In this document: in pieces, positions 10,479 to 20,842 of the stretch
How positions within the stretch are numbered: the first letter of the stretch is position 1
How the letters are laid out: each line of letters starts with the position of its first letter
Position numbers and translations under genes: made by a program
Source of the DNA: Planctomycetota bacterium
Lineage (GTDB): Bacteria > Planctomycetota > B15-G4
NCBI GenBank assembly: GCA_038212275.1
Contig: JBBQUR010000006.1
Span: 180,262 to 244,261, forward strand
Reading direction: 5' to 3'
DNA: 64,000 nucleotides
The notes under the pieces: generated by a model
What the model was told of the DNA's origin: nothing
The model's input: the letters and a program-made list of their open reading frames with translations, nothing else
Databases searched by the model: none

Positions 10479-11180
10479 TCAGCTCGGCGCCTCGGCGAAA
10501 CGATAACCGATCGCACGCACCGTCTCGATGAGGTGGCGCTGCGGCCCGAGTTTCTTGCGGATCGTGCGCACGTGCACGTCGATGTTCCGCTCCATGACCA
10601 TGGAGTTGGGTCCCATGGATGCGGTCAGGATCTGGTCGCGCGTGAACACGCGGCCGGGGCGCGATGCGAGGTAGTGCAGGATGCGGAATTCCGTGGCGGT
10701 CATGGGCACTTCCGCCTCGCCCAGCGTGACGCGATGGCGCACCGGGTCGATGCGCAGAGCGCCGACGACGAGGGCTCGCTTGTCGTCCGGGCCGCGGGCC
10801 TCCTCGCGCGTGCGGCGCAGCACGGCGCGCACCCGGGCCAGCAGCTCGTTGGGCTTGAACGGCTTGGCGATGTAGTCGTCGGCTCCGAGACCGAGCCCCA
10901 GCACGACATCGCTCTCCTCACCCTTGGCCGAGACCATGATGATGGCCGCACCGGCGGCGGCGCCGTCGGCGCGCAGGCGGCGGCAGACCTCGAGGCCGTC
11001 CATGCCGGGCAGCATGAGGTCGAGCAGCACGAGGTCGGGCACGACGCGTCGCGCCGCGGCAAGCGCAGCCTGCCCGTCGGCAGCCGTCGCGACGTCGTAA
11101 CCGTCGCGCGTGAGGCTGTAGTTCAGCAGCTCGAGGATGTCGGGCTCGTCGTCGACGATGAGGATCTTGCTTCGGCTCAT
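10479..11180 (-). CDS. phoB: OmpR/PhoB family response regulator
   Basis: Receiver domain (IVDDE, LLDLMLP, KPF) + winged helix (RNIDVHVRTIRKKL, IETVRAIGY); pho context. Confidence 0.9.
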   Translation of the reverse strand: MSRSKILIVDDEPDILELLNYSLTRDGYDVATAADGQAALAAARRVVPDLVLLDLMLPGMDGLEVCRRLRADGAAAGAAIIMVSAKGEESDVVLGLGLGADDYIAKPFKPNELLARVRAVLRRTREEARGPDDKRALVVGALRIDPVRHRVTLGEAEVPMTATEFRILHYLASRPGRVFTRDQILTASMGPNSMVMERNIDVHVRTIRKKLGPQRHLIETVRAIGYRFAEAPS

Positions 11181-11187
11181 GGGTTTC

Positions 11188-11221
11188 AGATTGCCCGTGC
11201 CCTGTCAAGAAAGCATGAAGG
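11188..11221 (-). promoter_or_regulatory. Putative Pho box + -10 element of phoB (probably leaderless transcript)
   Basis: Minus strand reads CCTTCAT-GCTT-TCTTGAC (11221-11204), 10 nt, CAATCT (11193-11188), 7 nt, ATG. Same geometry as E. coli Pho-box promoters. Confidence 0.5.
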
Positions 11222-11538
11222 TTCATCGGGCGGAAGCGCGCGGGCTTGCCGAGTGCGGTGCCCGCCACGCCGCGCTCGCGTCGTACATGCAATCTTTACA
11301 CATCAGGACACGGCGGCGCACGCACGTGACTTGATCGCGACTCCGCCTCGCCGGCATGCTCTGCCGCCGTTGGAGCTTGGTGGGTCGCCCGGTTGCCGTG
11401 TTCCTTCGCCACGATGAATGCGCCATGAGGCCGCGTGAAGATCGAGAGAAATTTGCTCGTGACGATCACGCGATCTTCATATGAGGCGGTTTTCATCGTG
11501 CCCATCCCTTCACAGGCACCTCCGGAGACCTCGGATCC

Positions 11539-12849
11539 ATGAGACAGCTGTTTCGCCTTGCTCCCGCCACGCTCGCCGCGCTGCTCGGCGCGCTGCCCGC
11601 AGCCACTGCCGCCCAGGCCACGGATGCCAGCACGGTCGATGTCGCCATCCTCGACATCCTGCGTGCCCGCGGCATCATCGACAGTGCGCAGTACGAGGAA
11701 CTCGTGGCGCTTGCGCACGAGAAGGCAGCCTCCGCGTCTTCGGAGATCGACCTCATCGAGGGCAGGCTCGCACGGCTCGCGGCCCCCGATCCGACGCTCA
11801 GCATCGACGGCGGCAAGCCAGGCAAGCTGGTGTTCAAGTCCGCGGACGGCAAGTGGTCTCTCGGCGTGAACGGCATGCTGCAGGCCCGCGCGGAGTACGG
11901 CAATTCGAACGATGACAGCAAGGACGTGAAGAACTACAGCGACGCGCGCGGGCGGCTCAGCTTCGATGGCACGGCCGGCGCAGAGAACGTCACGTACAAG
12001 TTGGAGCTGAACACCTCCACCCAGAGCACCTCCAGCTCGACCTCGTCGACGAAGAATTTCTCGCTGGAAGACGCGTGGGTGAACTGGGGCTTCGAGAGCG
12101 GCGCCAACCTGAAGTTCGGCCAGTTCAAGTTTCCGCTCGGTCGCGAGGAACTGACATCCTCGAGACAGCTCGAGTTCGAGGAACGCTCCATCGCCTCCAA
12201 CCAGTTCGCTCCGTCGTTCGAGCCGGGCGCCATGGTTCACGGCACGGCCGGCAGCGGCGAGTGGGAGTACTACCTCGCGTCATCGAACGGTCAGGGCACG
12301 GGAGCCAGCAATCCCTCGGGCAGCAACCAGAACGGTCTGCGCAACGGTTTTCGCGTGGTCTACAACCCGCTCGGCCCGTTCAAGCTGGAAGGCCCTGCCT
12401 TTCAGACCCTCGATGACGGCGCCACGAAGCTCGGGCTCGGCTTCGCCCTGAACAAGAACAGCGACTCCACCGGCAAGAACACGGTGACGCCGGGCGCCGA
12501 CACGACGACGATGGACTTCGAGGCGCAGATGTTCAGCGGACCGTGGGCGCTGCTGGCCGAGCACTACGACCGCACCTCGAACCTGCCGGGTGGCGCGGCC
12601 GACGTCGACGATGACGGCAACACGTTTCAGGTGGGTTACTTCCTGGTGCCGCACCGCTGGGAGCTCGTGTCGCGCTACTCGAACATCAACTTTCAGGCGA
12701 GCCCCGATCAGAGCGAGCAGTCCCTCGGCGTGAACTACTACGTGGACAAGCACAACGGCAAGTGGTCGCTGAACTTCAACAAGCTGGACAATCAGGGCTC
12801 GAGCCCCGACACCAATCAGCTGCAGCTCCAGTACCAGCTCATCTTCTGA
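11539..12849 (+). CDS. Phosphate-selective porin OprO/OprP family outer-membrane protein
   Basis: Signal peptide, KFGQFKFPLGREELTSSRQLEFEERS motif, amphipathic beta strands, terminal ...QYQLIF; divergent from phoB. Confidence 0.85.
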   Translation: MRQLFRLAPATLAALLGALPAATAAQATDASTVDVAILDILRARGIIDSAQYEELVALAHEKAASASSEIDLIEGRLARLAAPDPTLSIDGGKPGKLVFKSADGKWSLGVNGMLQARAEYGNSNDDSKDVKNYSDARGRLSFDGTAGAENVTYKLELNTSTQSTSSSTSSTKNFSLEDAWVNWGFESGANLKFGQFKFPLGREELTSSRQLEFEERSIASNQFAPSFEPGAMVHGTAGSGEWEYYLASSNGQGTGASNPSGSNQNGLRNGFRVVYNPLGPFKLEGPAFQTLDDGATKLGLGFALNKNSDSTGKNTVTPGADTTTMDFEAQMFSGPWALLAEHYDRTSNLPGGAADVDDDGNTFQVGYFLVPHRWELVSRYSNINFQASPDQSEQSLGVNYYVDKHNGKWSLNFNKLDNQGSSPDTNQLQLQYQLIF

Positions 12850-13084
12850 GCGGCCGCGTCTCGGGCCGTCGGTGGCCCGATCTGTCGCGGCGACCTGCAG
12901 GAATCGTGTCCGGGCTCACGGACTTCCGGTGAAGTTCCGCACCCCGGAGTGTCGGCCGGTGTTATATTCGCGGCCCCCCCGCAGGCTGCCGTGCAGCCCG
13001 TACGTGCGGGCCGGCTCCCTTGGGTCGGTGCTGCCGTTCGTCCGACATATCCCACCCCTGCTTTGCTTCGGAGAGCCATTGCAT

Positions 13085-14653
13085 ATGAACTTCCGTCTTC
13101 CGCTTTCGATGGTGTTCGCCGGTCTCATGGCCGCCCCCGCTTTCTGCCAGGCCACTCCGATCGGCACCGTGCGCGTCGCGACGGCTCTCGCGCGACCCGT
13201 GTGGGTCGGCCAGGCCCCGGGCGAGACGGATCCGACCCGCCTCTTCGTGATCGAGCAGAAGCAGGCCGACATCCACATCGTGCTCAACGGCGTGGTGCAG
13301 GAGCCGCCTTTCCTCGACCTCACCAATGCGAAGGTCGTGACCAGCGGCAACGAGCAGGGACTGCTCGGCATGACCTTTCACCCCGACTTCCAGAACAACG
13401 GCCTCTTCTACATCAACTTCACGTCGGCTTCGGGCGGCGCCACGATCGTCGAGCGCTATGGCGTCATCGGCACGCCGGCCACCGCAACGGCGGCGGACGT
13501 GTCGTCCGCAACCGTGATCATCGGCCCGATCACGCAGCCGCAGACCAATCACAATGGCGGCAATCTCGCCTTCGGCCCCGACGGCAAGCTCTACATGGGC
13601 ATGGGCGACGGCGGCAATTCCAATGACACCGGCCCGGGTCACGTGACCGGCGGCAACGCGCAGTCGGGCACCACGCTGCTCGGCAAGATGCTGCGGCTGA
13701 ACGACGACGGCACGATTCCCTCCGACAACCCGTTCCTGACGCCCGGCGACGGCATCATGGACGCGATCTGGCAGTTCGGCATGCGCAACCCCTGGCGCTG
13801 GTCCTTCGACAGCGAGACCGGCGATCTCTGGATCGCCGACGTCGGCCAGGACGCGCACGAGGAGATCGACTTCGTCCCCGCGGGCCTCGGAGGACTGAAC
13901 TTCGGCTGGCGCTGCATGGAGGGCTTCACGTGCACCGGTCTTTCCGGCTGCACCTGCAACGCTCCGACGCTGATGCTCCCGATCCACGACTACGCGCACA
14001 CCGGCGGCAACTGCTCGGTGACGGGCGGCGGCCTGTATCGCGGCCAGGCCATTCCCGATCTCGCGGGCACGTATTTCTTCGCGGACTACTGCAGCAAGAA
14101 GATCTGGTCGCTGCGCTATGACGGCGCGACGGTCAGCGCCTTCACCGACCGCACGGCGGAACTCGCGCCGATCGCCGGCCAGTCGATCGATGCGATCACG
14201 TCCTTCGGCACGGACACGAAGGGCGAGCTGTACATCTGCGACCAGACCGGCGGCGACATCTTCAAGATCGTGCCGAAGAACGCCTTCACCGGACTGGGCT
14301 GCGCTCTGCCCGGCATGAACGGCAAGCCGGTGCTCTGGGCGGAAGGCAACTTCACGGCCAATGGCACGGGGACGATCCACCTGCAGAACGCGCTGGGTTC
14401 TGCCAGCTCCGTGCTCTTCGTCGGCCTCGTCGAAGGCGCCGCACCTTTCAAGGGCGGCGTGCTCAAGCCCGTGCCGGCCATCCTGACCCTGAACCTGCCG
14501 GTCGGCGCGAACGGAAAGGTCGACATCCCGTTCCTCATCGATCCGGTGGTTCCGAGCGGCACGCTCATCGCCTTCCAGTACGCGATCCAGGATCCTGGCG
14601 CGGTCAAGGGCGTGGCGCTGTCGAACGCACTCAAGGGCGTGACCACGCCGTAA
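13085..14653 (+). CDS. PQQ-dependent glucose/sorbosone dehydrogenase family secreted protein with shared C-terminal domain
   Basis: EQGLLGMTFHPDF, NHNGG.LAFGPDG.LY, GMRNPWRWSFD, DVGQD..EE motifs; GGAGAG upstream; signal peptide. Confidence 0.9.
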   Translation: MNFRLPLSMVFAGLMAAPAFCQATPIGTVRVATALARPVWVGQAPGETDPTRLFVIEQKQADIHIVLNGVVQEPPFLDLTNAKVVTSGNEQGLLGMTFHPDFQNNGLFYINFTSASGGATIVERYGVIGTPATATAADVSSATVIIGPITQPQTNHNGGNLAFGPDGKLYMGMGDGGNSNDTGPGHVTGGNAQSGTTLLGKMLRLNDDGTIPSDNPFLTPGDGIMDAIWQFGMRNPWRWSFDSETGDLWIADVGQDAHEEIDFVPAGLGGLNFGWRCMEGFTCTGLSGCTCNAPTLMLPIHDYAHTGGNCSVTGGGLYRGQAIPDLAGTYFFADYCSKKIWSLRYDGATVSAFTDRTAELAPIAGQSIDAITSFGTDTKGELYICDQTGGDIFKIVPKNAFTGLGCALPGMNGKPVLWAEGNFTANGTGTIHLQNALGSASSVLFVGLVEGAAPFKGGVLKPVPAILTLNLPVGANGKVDIPFLIDPVVPSGTLIAFQYAIQDPGAVKGVALSNALKGVTTP

Positions 14654-14715
14654 GGCCTCACACGGCGGCAGACGACTCCGCGGCCGCCACGGCTGCCTGC
14701 GGATCGACGACAAGA

Positions 14716-14745
14716 CGGGCGGCGGGTGGCGACACCCGCCGCCCG
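14716..14745 (+). terminator. GC-rich hairpin, probable terminator
   Basis: CGGGCGGCGGGTG-GCGA-CACCCGCCGCCCG, perfect 13-bp stem with GNRA loop; U-tract weak. Confidence 0.5.
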
Positions 14746-14825
14746 CGTCGTTGACTTCCCAAGCCTGCTGCCGTATCCCACACGCCGGCGAGGCCCTCGC
14801 GGCCTCGAGCTGACAAACTACACAC

Positions 14826-14970
14826 GGCACCCTCCGCGAGCGGCCTTCACGGCTCGCGGGGAGCGCATGGGGGAACCCGGTGCAACTCCGGGACTGGCCC
14901 GCAACCGTAAGCCGCGCCGCGGCAAGTCGGATTGCCCATGCCCGCCGTGGAGACCTTCGGATGCAGGGTG
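14826..14970 (+). ncRNA. Cobalamin riboswitch, short (class II-like) form
   Basis: GGGAA-CCCGG-TGCAACT-CCGGG-ACTG-GCCC-GCAACCGTAA...AAGTCGGA; GCATGGG/CCCATGC pairing; directly upstream of a BtuF/C/D-like operon. Confidence 0.85.
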
Positions 14971-14974
14971 CGAC

Positions 14975-15931
14975 ATGACATCTGCCCAAGACGCGGTGGC
15001 GCGACGGACCAGGCTGCATGCCTCGTGCTCCGCGCTCGTGGCGATGCTGCTGCTGTCGCTGCAGTTCGCAACGCCCGGCTGCGGCCGTGAGCCGGTTCAA
15101 GCCGCCGACCTGCACCTGCCGGCGGCGCCTCAACGCATCGTGCCCGCCAGCGCGGCGGCGGTGGATCTGGTGTGCGCCCTCGTCGGTCCGGAGCGCATCG
15201 CCGGGCTGCCGGCGCAAGCGCTCGACTACTCGGGCCTGCACGCACGTGGCGCCGCGGGAGAACCCTATCTGCGCCTGCCCCAGTTCCAGGCCTACGCGGC
15301 CGAACCGTTGCTCGCGCTGGACCCCGACCTCGTGCTCGCGGACAACTGGCAGCTGGCCGACACGACCGCGCGCTTGCGCGAAGCCGGCGTGCCCGTGCTC
15401 GCTCTCACGGCACTCGAATCGTATCGGGACGTGCGGTCGAGCGTCACGCTCCTGGGCGAGGCGCTCGGCGTGCCGGAGCAGGCGCGCCTCGTCGTCGCGG
15501 ATCTCGATGCGCGCGTGGATGCGCTGAAGTCCAGCGGCGGGCAGCGTGCGGGACACACCGTGCTGGCCTACAGCAATGGCGGCGCGGGCGGGTGGGTTGC
15601 AGGCGCCGGCACCGCGGCTGACGAGTGGATCCGTCTTGCCGGCCTGAAGAATGCAGCCGCCGATCGCGTGGGCCACCAGCGCTGCAGCTTCGAGGAACTT
15701 CTCACGCTGGACCCCGACCTGCTCGTGGTGAGCGGTCCGGGCAACTTCGATCGCAAGGGCGCCACCGAGCGCCTGCTGCGAGAGGAACCCGCGCTCGGCG
15801 GCCTGCGCGCGCTCGCCGGCCAACGCGTCATCGTGCTGCCCGCGTGGCTCTACGACACGGCGAGCCAGCACATCGTGTCGGCGGCCGAGGCGCTCGCGCA
15901 GGGAGCCGATCGCGCGCTGGGTGGGTCGTGA
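14975..15931 (+). CDS. btuF: Cobalamin/iron-siderophore ABC transporter substrate-binding protein
   Basis: PQRIV, E.LLALDPDLVL repeated motifs of class III binding proteins; lipoprotein-like Cys; riboswitch upstream. Confidence 0.8.
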   Translation: MTSAQDAVARRTRLHASCSALVAMLLLSLQFATPGCGREPVQAADLHLPAAPQRIVPASAAAVDLVCALVGPERIAGLPAQALDYSGLHARGAAGEPYLRLPQFQAYAAEPLLALDPDLVLADNWQLADTTARLREAGVPVLALTALESYRDVRSSVTLLGEALGVPEQARLVVADLDARVDALKSSGGQRAGHTVLAYSNGGAGGWVAGAGTAADEWIRLAGLKNAAADRVGHQRCSFEELLTLDPDLLVVSGPGNFDRKGATERLLREEPALGGLRALAGQRVIVLPAWLYDTASQHIVSAAEALAQGADRALGGS

Positions 15932-17046
15932 GCAGCGCAGGCAGCGAGGCTCCTCTCGCCGGCACCGTGCGCGCCTCGGGCGCCGGTAGCTCGCGGACTT
16001 CCTGGCTGTTCGCGGTCTGCATGCTGCTGTGCCTTCCGGCTCTTGTGCTGCTGTCGTTGCGCACGGGCAGCGCCGGCAGTCTCGGCCTGGCGGAGATCGT
16101 GCGCGGCTGCCGTGCCGCATGCGGGGGAGCCGATCCGCTCCCGGGCGCGACTCAGGTCATCGTCGAGCTTCGGCTCTGGCGCGCGCTCACGACGGCCGGC
16201 GTGGGTGCGGCGCTGGCCCTCTCCGGGGCACTGCTGCAGGGACTGTTCCGCAATGCGCTCGCCTCGCCTGCCGTCCTCGGCGTCACGGGAGGCGCGAGTC
16301 TCGGAGCGACGCTTGCCATCCTCGCGCTCGGCGGCGGCGCTCCGCTGCTGCTCGCCGTGGACGGCAGCCGTGCCGGTCTGATGGTGCCGCTGTGCGCCTT
16401 CGTCGGCGCGACGTTCGCGGTCAGTGCGGTCATGCTCCTGGCCGGAGCAGGCGGCCGCATCTCCGCACCGACGCTGCTGCTCACGGGCATCGCGCTCAAC
16501 AGCGTGATTGCCGGCGTGCTCGCGCTCCTCTCCGCGCTGTCCCTGCGCGACTGGGAGGTCTCCCGCGCGATCCTTTCCTGGACCTTCGGCACGCTGGACG
16601 ACCGCTCGCCGCAGCACGTGCTCACCATCGGCATCGGGCTGGCCGTCGCGCTTCTCGTCGTGCCTTTCGTGGCGTGGGAGCTGGACCTGCTGCAATCCGG
16701 TGAGGATGACGCGCGCTCGCTGGGCGTGCACACCTTCCGGGTGCGCCTGCTGTGCATCGCGGGCAGCTCGCTCGCCGCCGCCGCGGCCGTGGCCGTCGCG
16801 GGCCAGATCGCATTTGTCGGCCTGGTCGTGCCGCATCTCGTGCGGCTCGTCACAGGCCGCGGCCACCGCTCGCTGCTGCTGCTGTCGCCGCTGGCCGGCG
16901 CGGTCTTTCTGGTGGGGGTGGAGTGGGCCCAGAGGGCCCTGCTCGGAGACCGGGCGCTGCCGCCCGGCGTCATGATGTCGCTGGTCGGCGGGCCGTTCTT
17001 CCTCGCGCTGCTGATGTGGCAGCGCAAGGAGCTGGAGACGTGGTGA
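15928..17046 (+). CDS. btuC: FecCD/BtuC family ABC permease
   Basis: LR..R, GALLQGLFRNALASP..LGV..GA, GEDDARSLGV, G.IAFVGLVVPH, GGPFF; GTGA overlap. Confidence 0.88.
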   Translation: MSSAGSEAPLAGTVRASGAGSSRTSWLFAVCMLLCLPALVLLSLRTGSAGSLGLAEIVRGCRAACGGADPLPGATQVIVELRLWRALTTAGVGAALALSGALLQGLFRNALASPAVLGVTGGASLGATLAILALGGGAPLLLAVDGSRAGLMVPLCAFVGATFAVSAVMLLAGAGGRISAPTLLLTGIALNSVIAGVLALLSALSLRDWEVSRAILSWTFGTLDDRSPQHVLTIGIGLAVALLVVPFVAWELDLLQSGEDDARSLGVHTFRVRLLCIAGSSLAAAAAVAVAGQIAFVGLVVPHLVRLVTGRGHRSLLLLSPLAGAVFLVGVEWAQRALLGDRALPPGVMMSLVGGPFFLALLMWQRKELETW

Positions 17047-17828
17047 GCTCCCTGCGCGGCGACGACCTCGTCTACGAACACCCGGGACCGGTGCGTGCGG
17101 TGGACGGCGTGTCGCTGGAGCTGCGGCCGGGAGAGTTGCTCGTGATCCTCGGCCCCAATGGTTCCGGCAAGAGCACCTTGCTGCGACTGCTCGGCGGCCT
17201 GCTTCGTCCCGCCCGGGGCAGCGTGCTCTGCGACGGCAGGTCCATGTCGTCGATCGGATTGCGCGAGCGCGCCCGCATGCTTGCCGTCGTGCCGCAGTCT
17301 CTCGCCACGATGCCTGAAACGAGCGTGGCGGCCTTCGTGACCGGCGGTCGTTACGCGCGCATCTCGCCGTGGCGCGGCCCGCAGGCGCGCGACGCTCGTG
17401 CCATCGGCTACGCGCTGGAGGCCGCCGATGTCGGCGACCTCGGCAACAGGCGCATGACGGACCTTTCGGGAGGGCAGCGCCAGCGCGTGCTCGTGGCGCG
17501 CGCGCTCGCGCAGGAAGCGCAGGTGCTGCTCGTGGACGAGCCGACGGCCGCGCTGGACCTCGAACACCAGGTCCGAGTCTTCGCCATGCTGGCGCGCCTC
17601 GCCGACCACGAGCGCTCGGTCCTCGTGGTGACGCACGACGTGAACCTGGCGAGCCAGTTCGCCGATCGCGTGCTGCTGCTGGCCGGAGGGCGGCTGGTCG
17701 CCGGCGGCGTGCCCGACGAGGTGCTGCGCAGGGAGGTCCTCGAACCGGTCTACGGGCCGCACCTGCACTTCGGGCGCATGCCTCCGCCGGATCAGCGTCC
17801 CTTCGTGATTCCCTGGTTGAGGGCCTGA
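17043..17828 (+). CDS. btuD: ABC ATP-binding protein (FecE/BtuD family)
   Basis: GPNGSGKST, LSGGQRQR, LLVDEPT, THD.NLA; GTGA overlap. Confidence 0.88.
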   Translation: MSSLRGDDLVYEHPGPVRAVDGVSLELRPGELLVILGPNGSGKSTLLRLLGGLLRPARGSVLCDGRSMSSIGLRERARMLAVVPQSLATMPETSVAAFVTGGRYARISPWRGPQARDARAIGYALEAADVGDLGNRRMTDLSGGQRQRVLVARALAQEAQVLLVDEPTAALDLEHQVRVFAMLARLADHERSVLVVTHDVNLASQFADRVLLLAGGRLVAGGVPDEVLRREVLEPVYGPHLHFGRMPPPDQRPFVIPWLRA

Positions 17829-17929
17829 CGCCGCTCCCGGACGCCCCGCAGGCTCGGTGAGCCCGGGCCGCCTCCATCGCATGGCGCTGCCCGACTCCAT
17901 TTCAAGCACGGGCCGGTCGATACGGCCAT

Positions 17930-20473
17930 GTGGACATCCAGACTTCGCCTTGTTCCCGACCGCTCCTCCCGCAACGCGCCTGGCGCAGCCTGCTGCTGCC
18001 CGGCCTGGCGGCAGCCTTCGTCTGCGTCCCGGCGGCCGTCGTGCCGGCGCAGCTCGCCTTCGTGCCCAACCGCGGTCAATGGGAGGGGCCCGCACTCTTC
18101 CGCGCAGAGCGCGGCGAGCAGACCGCGTGGTTCCTCGCCGACGGATTCGTCCTCGCGCTCGAGCCCCGACCCGAGCACACCGATCCCACGGAACTCACCG
18201 GTCGCGGCGTGGCGTTGCGCCTGTCCTTTGCCGACACGACACGCGGCCCCGCGCCGCGGGGCGAGGGCCGTCGCCTCGAGCGCAGGAACTGGTTCACCGC
18301 GGGCCGCGCGATCACGGAAGTGCCCGCCTTCGACGCGCTGCGCTACCGCGACGTCTGGCCCGGTGTCGACATCGCGCTGCACGCCGGCGACGACGCCCTC
18401 GAGTACGACCTGTGCCTGCAACCGGGCGCCGACGTGTCGGCCATCGCGCTGCGTTGCGAGGGCGCGCTGGCGCTCGAGCTGGACGACGACGGCGCCCTGC
18501 TGCTGCACACGGAGCTCGGCCCGCTGCGCCAGCCCGCGCCGCGCACCTGGCTCGTGCATGAGGACGGCGGCCGAGAAGAGGTCGTGTGCATGTACAGGCT
18601 CCTGGGAGGCAACCGCTTCGGCTTCGAGATGCCGGGCGGCACGGCGGGGCTGGCAGCCGTCATCGACCCTGTGCTGCAGTGGGCGAGCTACCTCGGCGGC
18701 ACGAGCCTGGAATACGTGTACGCGGTGACGTGCAGCGAAGCCGGCCTCACCGTCGCCGGCGCCACGTCCGTGAGCAACTTCCCGACGACGACCGGCGCCT
18801 ACGACAAGAGCTGGAACGGGCAGCAGGACGCCTTCGTGTCGCGCCTCGCGGCCGACGGAAGCACGCTCATCTACTCCACGTTTCTCGGCGGGAGCAAGGA
18901 TGAGGAGGCGCGCGCGGTGACGATCGACGGCCAGGGCGGCATCGTGATCGCCGGATGGACGTCGTCTGCCAACTTCCCGACCTCGGCCACGGCCTTCGAC
19001 AAGAGCTGGGGCGGAGGCACCGGCACGCTGCACTCGGACGCCTTCGTGACGCGCCTGTCGCCGACCGGCACGGCGCTCGTCTTCTCGACCTATCTCGGCG
19101 GCACCAAGGAAGACTTCGCCAGCTGCGTGGGCGTCGATGGCGCCGGACGCGTGCACGTCGCGGGCAAGACGTCCTCCGCGGATTTCCCGACGACGACGGG
19201 CGCCTTCGATCGCACGCACAACGGCGGCAGCAACGACGTGGGCGACGCCTTCGTCGCGTGCCTGCAACCCGACGGCGCGGTGCTGTACTCGTCGAGCTTC
19301 CTCGGCGGCGCCGGCGACGAGTTCATCAATGCCCTCTTCGTCGGCGATGACAGCAGCACGACGGTCGCAGGCTGGACGTCATCGGCCGGCTTTCCGACGA
19401 CGCCAGGCGCCCTCGACACGGTGCTTGGCGGCACCTCGGATGCCTTCGTCGCGCGACTTCCGGCGGACGGCGCCACGCTGTCCTTCTCCAGCTTCCTCGG
19501 CGGATCGGGCGACGACAACGCGCTCGCGCTCGCTGCAGGCAGCGACGGATCCTTCTCGGTGGCGGGCACGACGCTCTCGACGGACTTTCCCGTGACCAGC
19601 GGCGCGATGCAGCAGGCCTGGCACGGCGGCACGTACTTCGGCGATGCCTTCGTCGTCACGCTGGAGGCCGGCGCGACGGCCGTGCGCTCCGCTTCCTACT
19701 TCGGCGGCGCCGGCGACGACGTGGCCACCGGCCTCGGTTTCACGCCCGACGGCACGCTCGCGCTCTGCGGCTGGACGCAGTCGGCGGACCTTCCGCTCGG
19801 CGAAGCGCCGATGGACGCCTCGCTCGGCGGCACGACCGACGCCTTCTTCGCGCGCACCGATCCCGCGGACGGCACGCTCATGTCGGCCACCTATTTCGGC
19901 GGCCCCAGCCAGGACAAGGCCTACGGTCTGGCGCTCGGTCAGGATGGTCTCGCGGCGATGGCCGGCTACACGAACTCGGCCGCGTTCCCCGTGACGAGCG
20001 GCAGCTACGACACGCACTTCGACGGCTTCGAGGGCCTCGTCGGCGACGGCTTCATCGCGCAATTCGCGCTCGAACTCGACAGCGGCTCAGCCGCCACCGC
20101 CACCTGGGTCGATGCCGGCTTCGCACTGGCCGGGCAGGCAGGCAAGATGCCCGCGCTGTCGGGGACAGGCAGCCTGGCGCCGCTGAGCCCGGGCACCGTG
20201 AATCTCGAGAACGCCGCGCCCTCGGCGCTCACGCTCGTCATCAGCAGCTCCGTCGCCGGCTACCTCCCGGTGAAGGGCGGCACGCTCGTTCCCTACCCGA
20301 TCTTCAACATCCTGGTGCTCGGCACCGACCCGATCGGTGGCCTCGTCATTCCCTACACGTGGCCCGCGCAGGTTCCGTCGGGGCAGACGCTCTACGTGCA
20401 GGCGTGGGTCCTCGATGCGGGCGCGGTGTTCGGGGCGGCGGCGAGCAATGCGATTGTGGCGACGGCGCCCTGA
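17930..20473 (+). CDS. Secreted SBBP-repeat beta-propeller protein with shared C-terminal domain
   Basis: FVPNRGQW N-terminal domain, IDPVLQWASYLGG, repeated (Y/F)ST(Y/F)LGG...G.T.S..FPTT.GA.D....DAFV units. Confidence 0.85.
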   Translation: MDIQTSPCSRPLLPQRAWRSLLLPGLAAAFVCVPAAVVPAQLAFVPNRGQWEGPALFRAERGEQTAWFLADGFVLALEPRPEHTDPTELTGRGVALRLSFADTTRGPAPRGEGRRLERRNWFTAGRAITEVPAFDALRYRDVWPGVDIALHAGDDALEYDLCLQPGADVSAIALRCEGALALELDDDGALLLHTELGPLRQPAPRTWLVHEDGGREEVVCMYRLLGGNRFGFEMPGGTAGLAAVIDPVLQWASYLGGTSLEYVYAVTCSEAGLTVAGATSVSNFPTTTGAYDKSWNGQQDAFVSRLAADGSTLIYSTFLGGSKDEEARAVTIDGQGGIVIAGWTSSANFPTSATAFDKSWGGGTGTLHSDAFVTRLSPTGTALVFSTYLGGTKEDFASCVGVDGAGRVHVAGKTSSADFPTTTGAFDRTHNGGSNDVGDAFVACLQPDGAVLYSSSFLGGAGDEFINALFVGDDSSTTVAGWTSSAGFPTTPGALDTVLGGTSDAFVARLPADGATLSFSSFLGGSGDDNALALAAGSDGSFSVAGTTLSTDFPVTSGAMQQAWHGGTYFGDAFVVTLEAGATAVRSASYFGGAGDDVATGLGFTPDGTLALCGWTQSADLPLGEAPMDASLGGTTDAFFARTDPADGTLMSATYFGGPSQDKAYGLALGQDGLAAMAGYTNSAAFPVTSGSYDTHFDGFEGLVGDGFIAQFALELDSGSAATATWVDAGFALAGQAGKMPALSGTGSLAPLSPGTVNLENAAPSALTLVISSSVAGYLPVKGGTLVPYPIFNILVLGTDPIGGLVIPYTWPAQVPSGQTLYVQAWVLDAGAVFGAAASNAIVATAP

Positions 20474-20547
20474 GCGGAGCGCGCGGGGGGGCGCGGGGGG
20501 CGCGGCTTCGCTTGGCCGGGGGCTGCCCCTGCGGGCGAGATGCGCGG

Positions 20548-20708
20548 GAGTCGCATGGGGCGGGGAGTGCGCGGGGCGGGAGGATTGTCCGGCGCTGCGC
20601 CCGTGGGGCAACAGGACACGGAGCAATTCCGGGAGCGGCGCCCTTCGCGCCGGACAAACCTCCCGTCCCGCGCACGTGCCGAGGCACGGGCTTCCGTGCC
20701 ATGCGAGG
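20548..20708 (+). repeat. ~160-bp REP/MITE-like element, copy 1 (internally palindromic)
   Basis: Inverted copy at 21295-21453. Internal 19-bp arms CGGGAGGATTGTCCGGCGC (20577-20595) / GCGCCGGACAAACCTCCCG (20647-20665), one mismatch. Confidence 0.85.
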
Positions 20709-20842
20709 GTGGGGCAGGTCCCGGCGGGCGCTTCGCTGCGCCTCACGCGTGGGCTTTTGGGGGAACGCATTTTCCGCAATGAGATGGTGATGGACTCGGC
20801 ATGCGGTCAGACATCGCTTGAGCGGGGATGGGGAGATTGCGG

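Noticed and set aside
12962..16120. Very long alternative-frame ORFs (also 6037-8718, 51006-54632, 51334-54699, 55928-58483)
   Set aside because: Arg/Ala/Gly-rich shadow frames of well-supported genes, expected in high-GC DNA.
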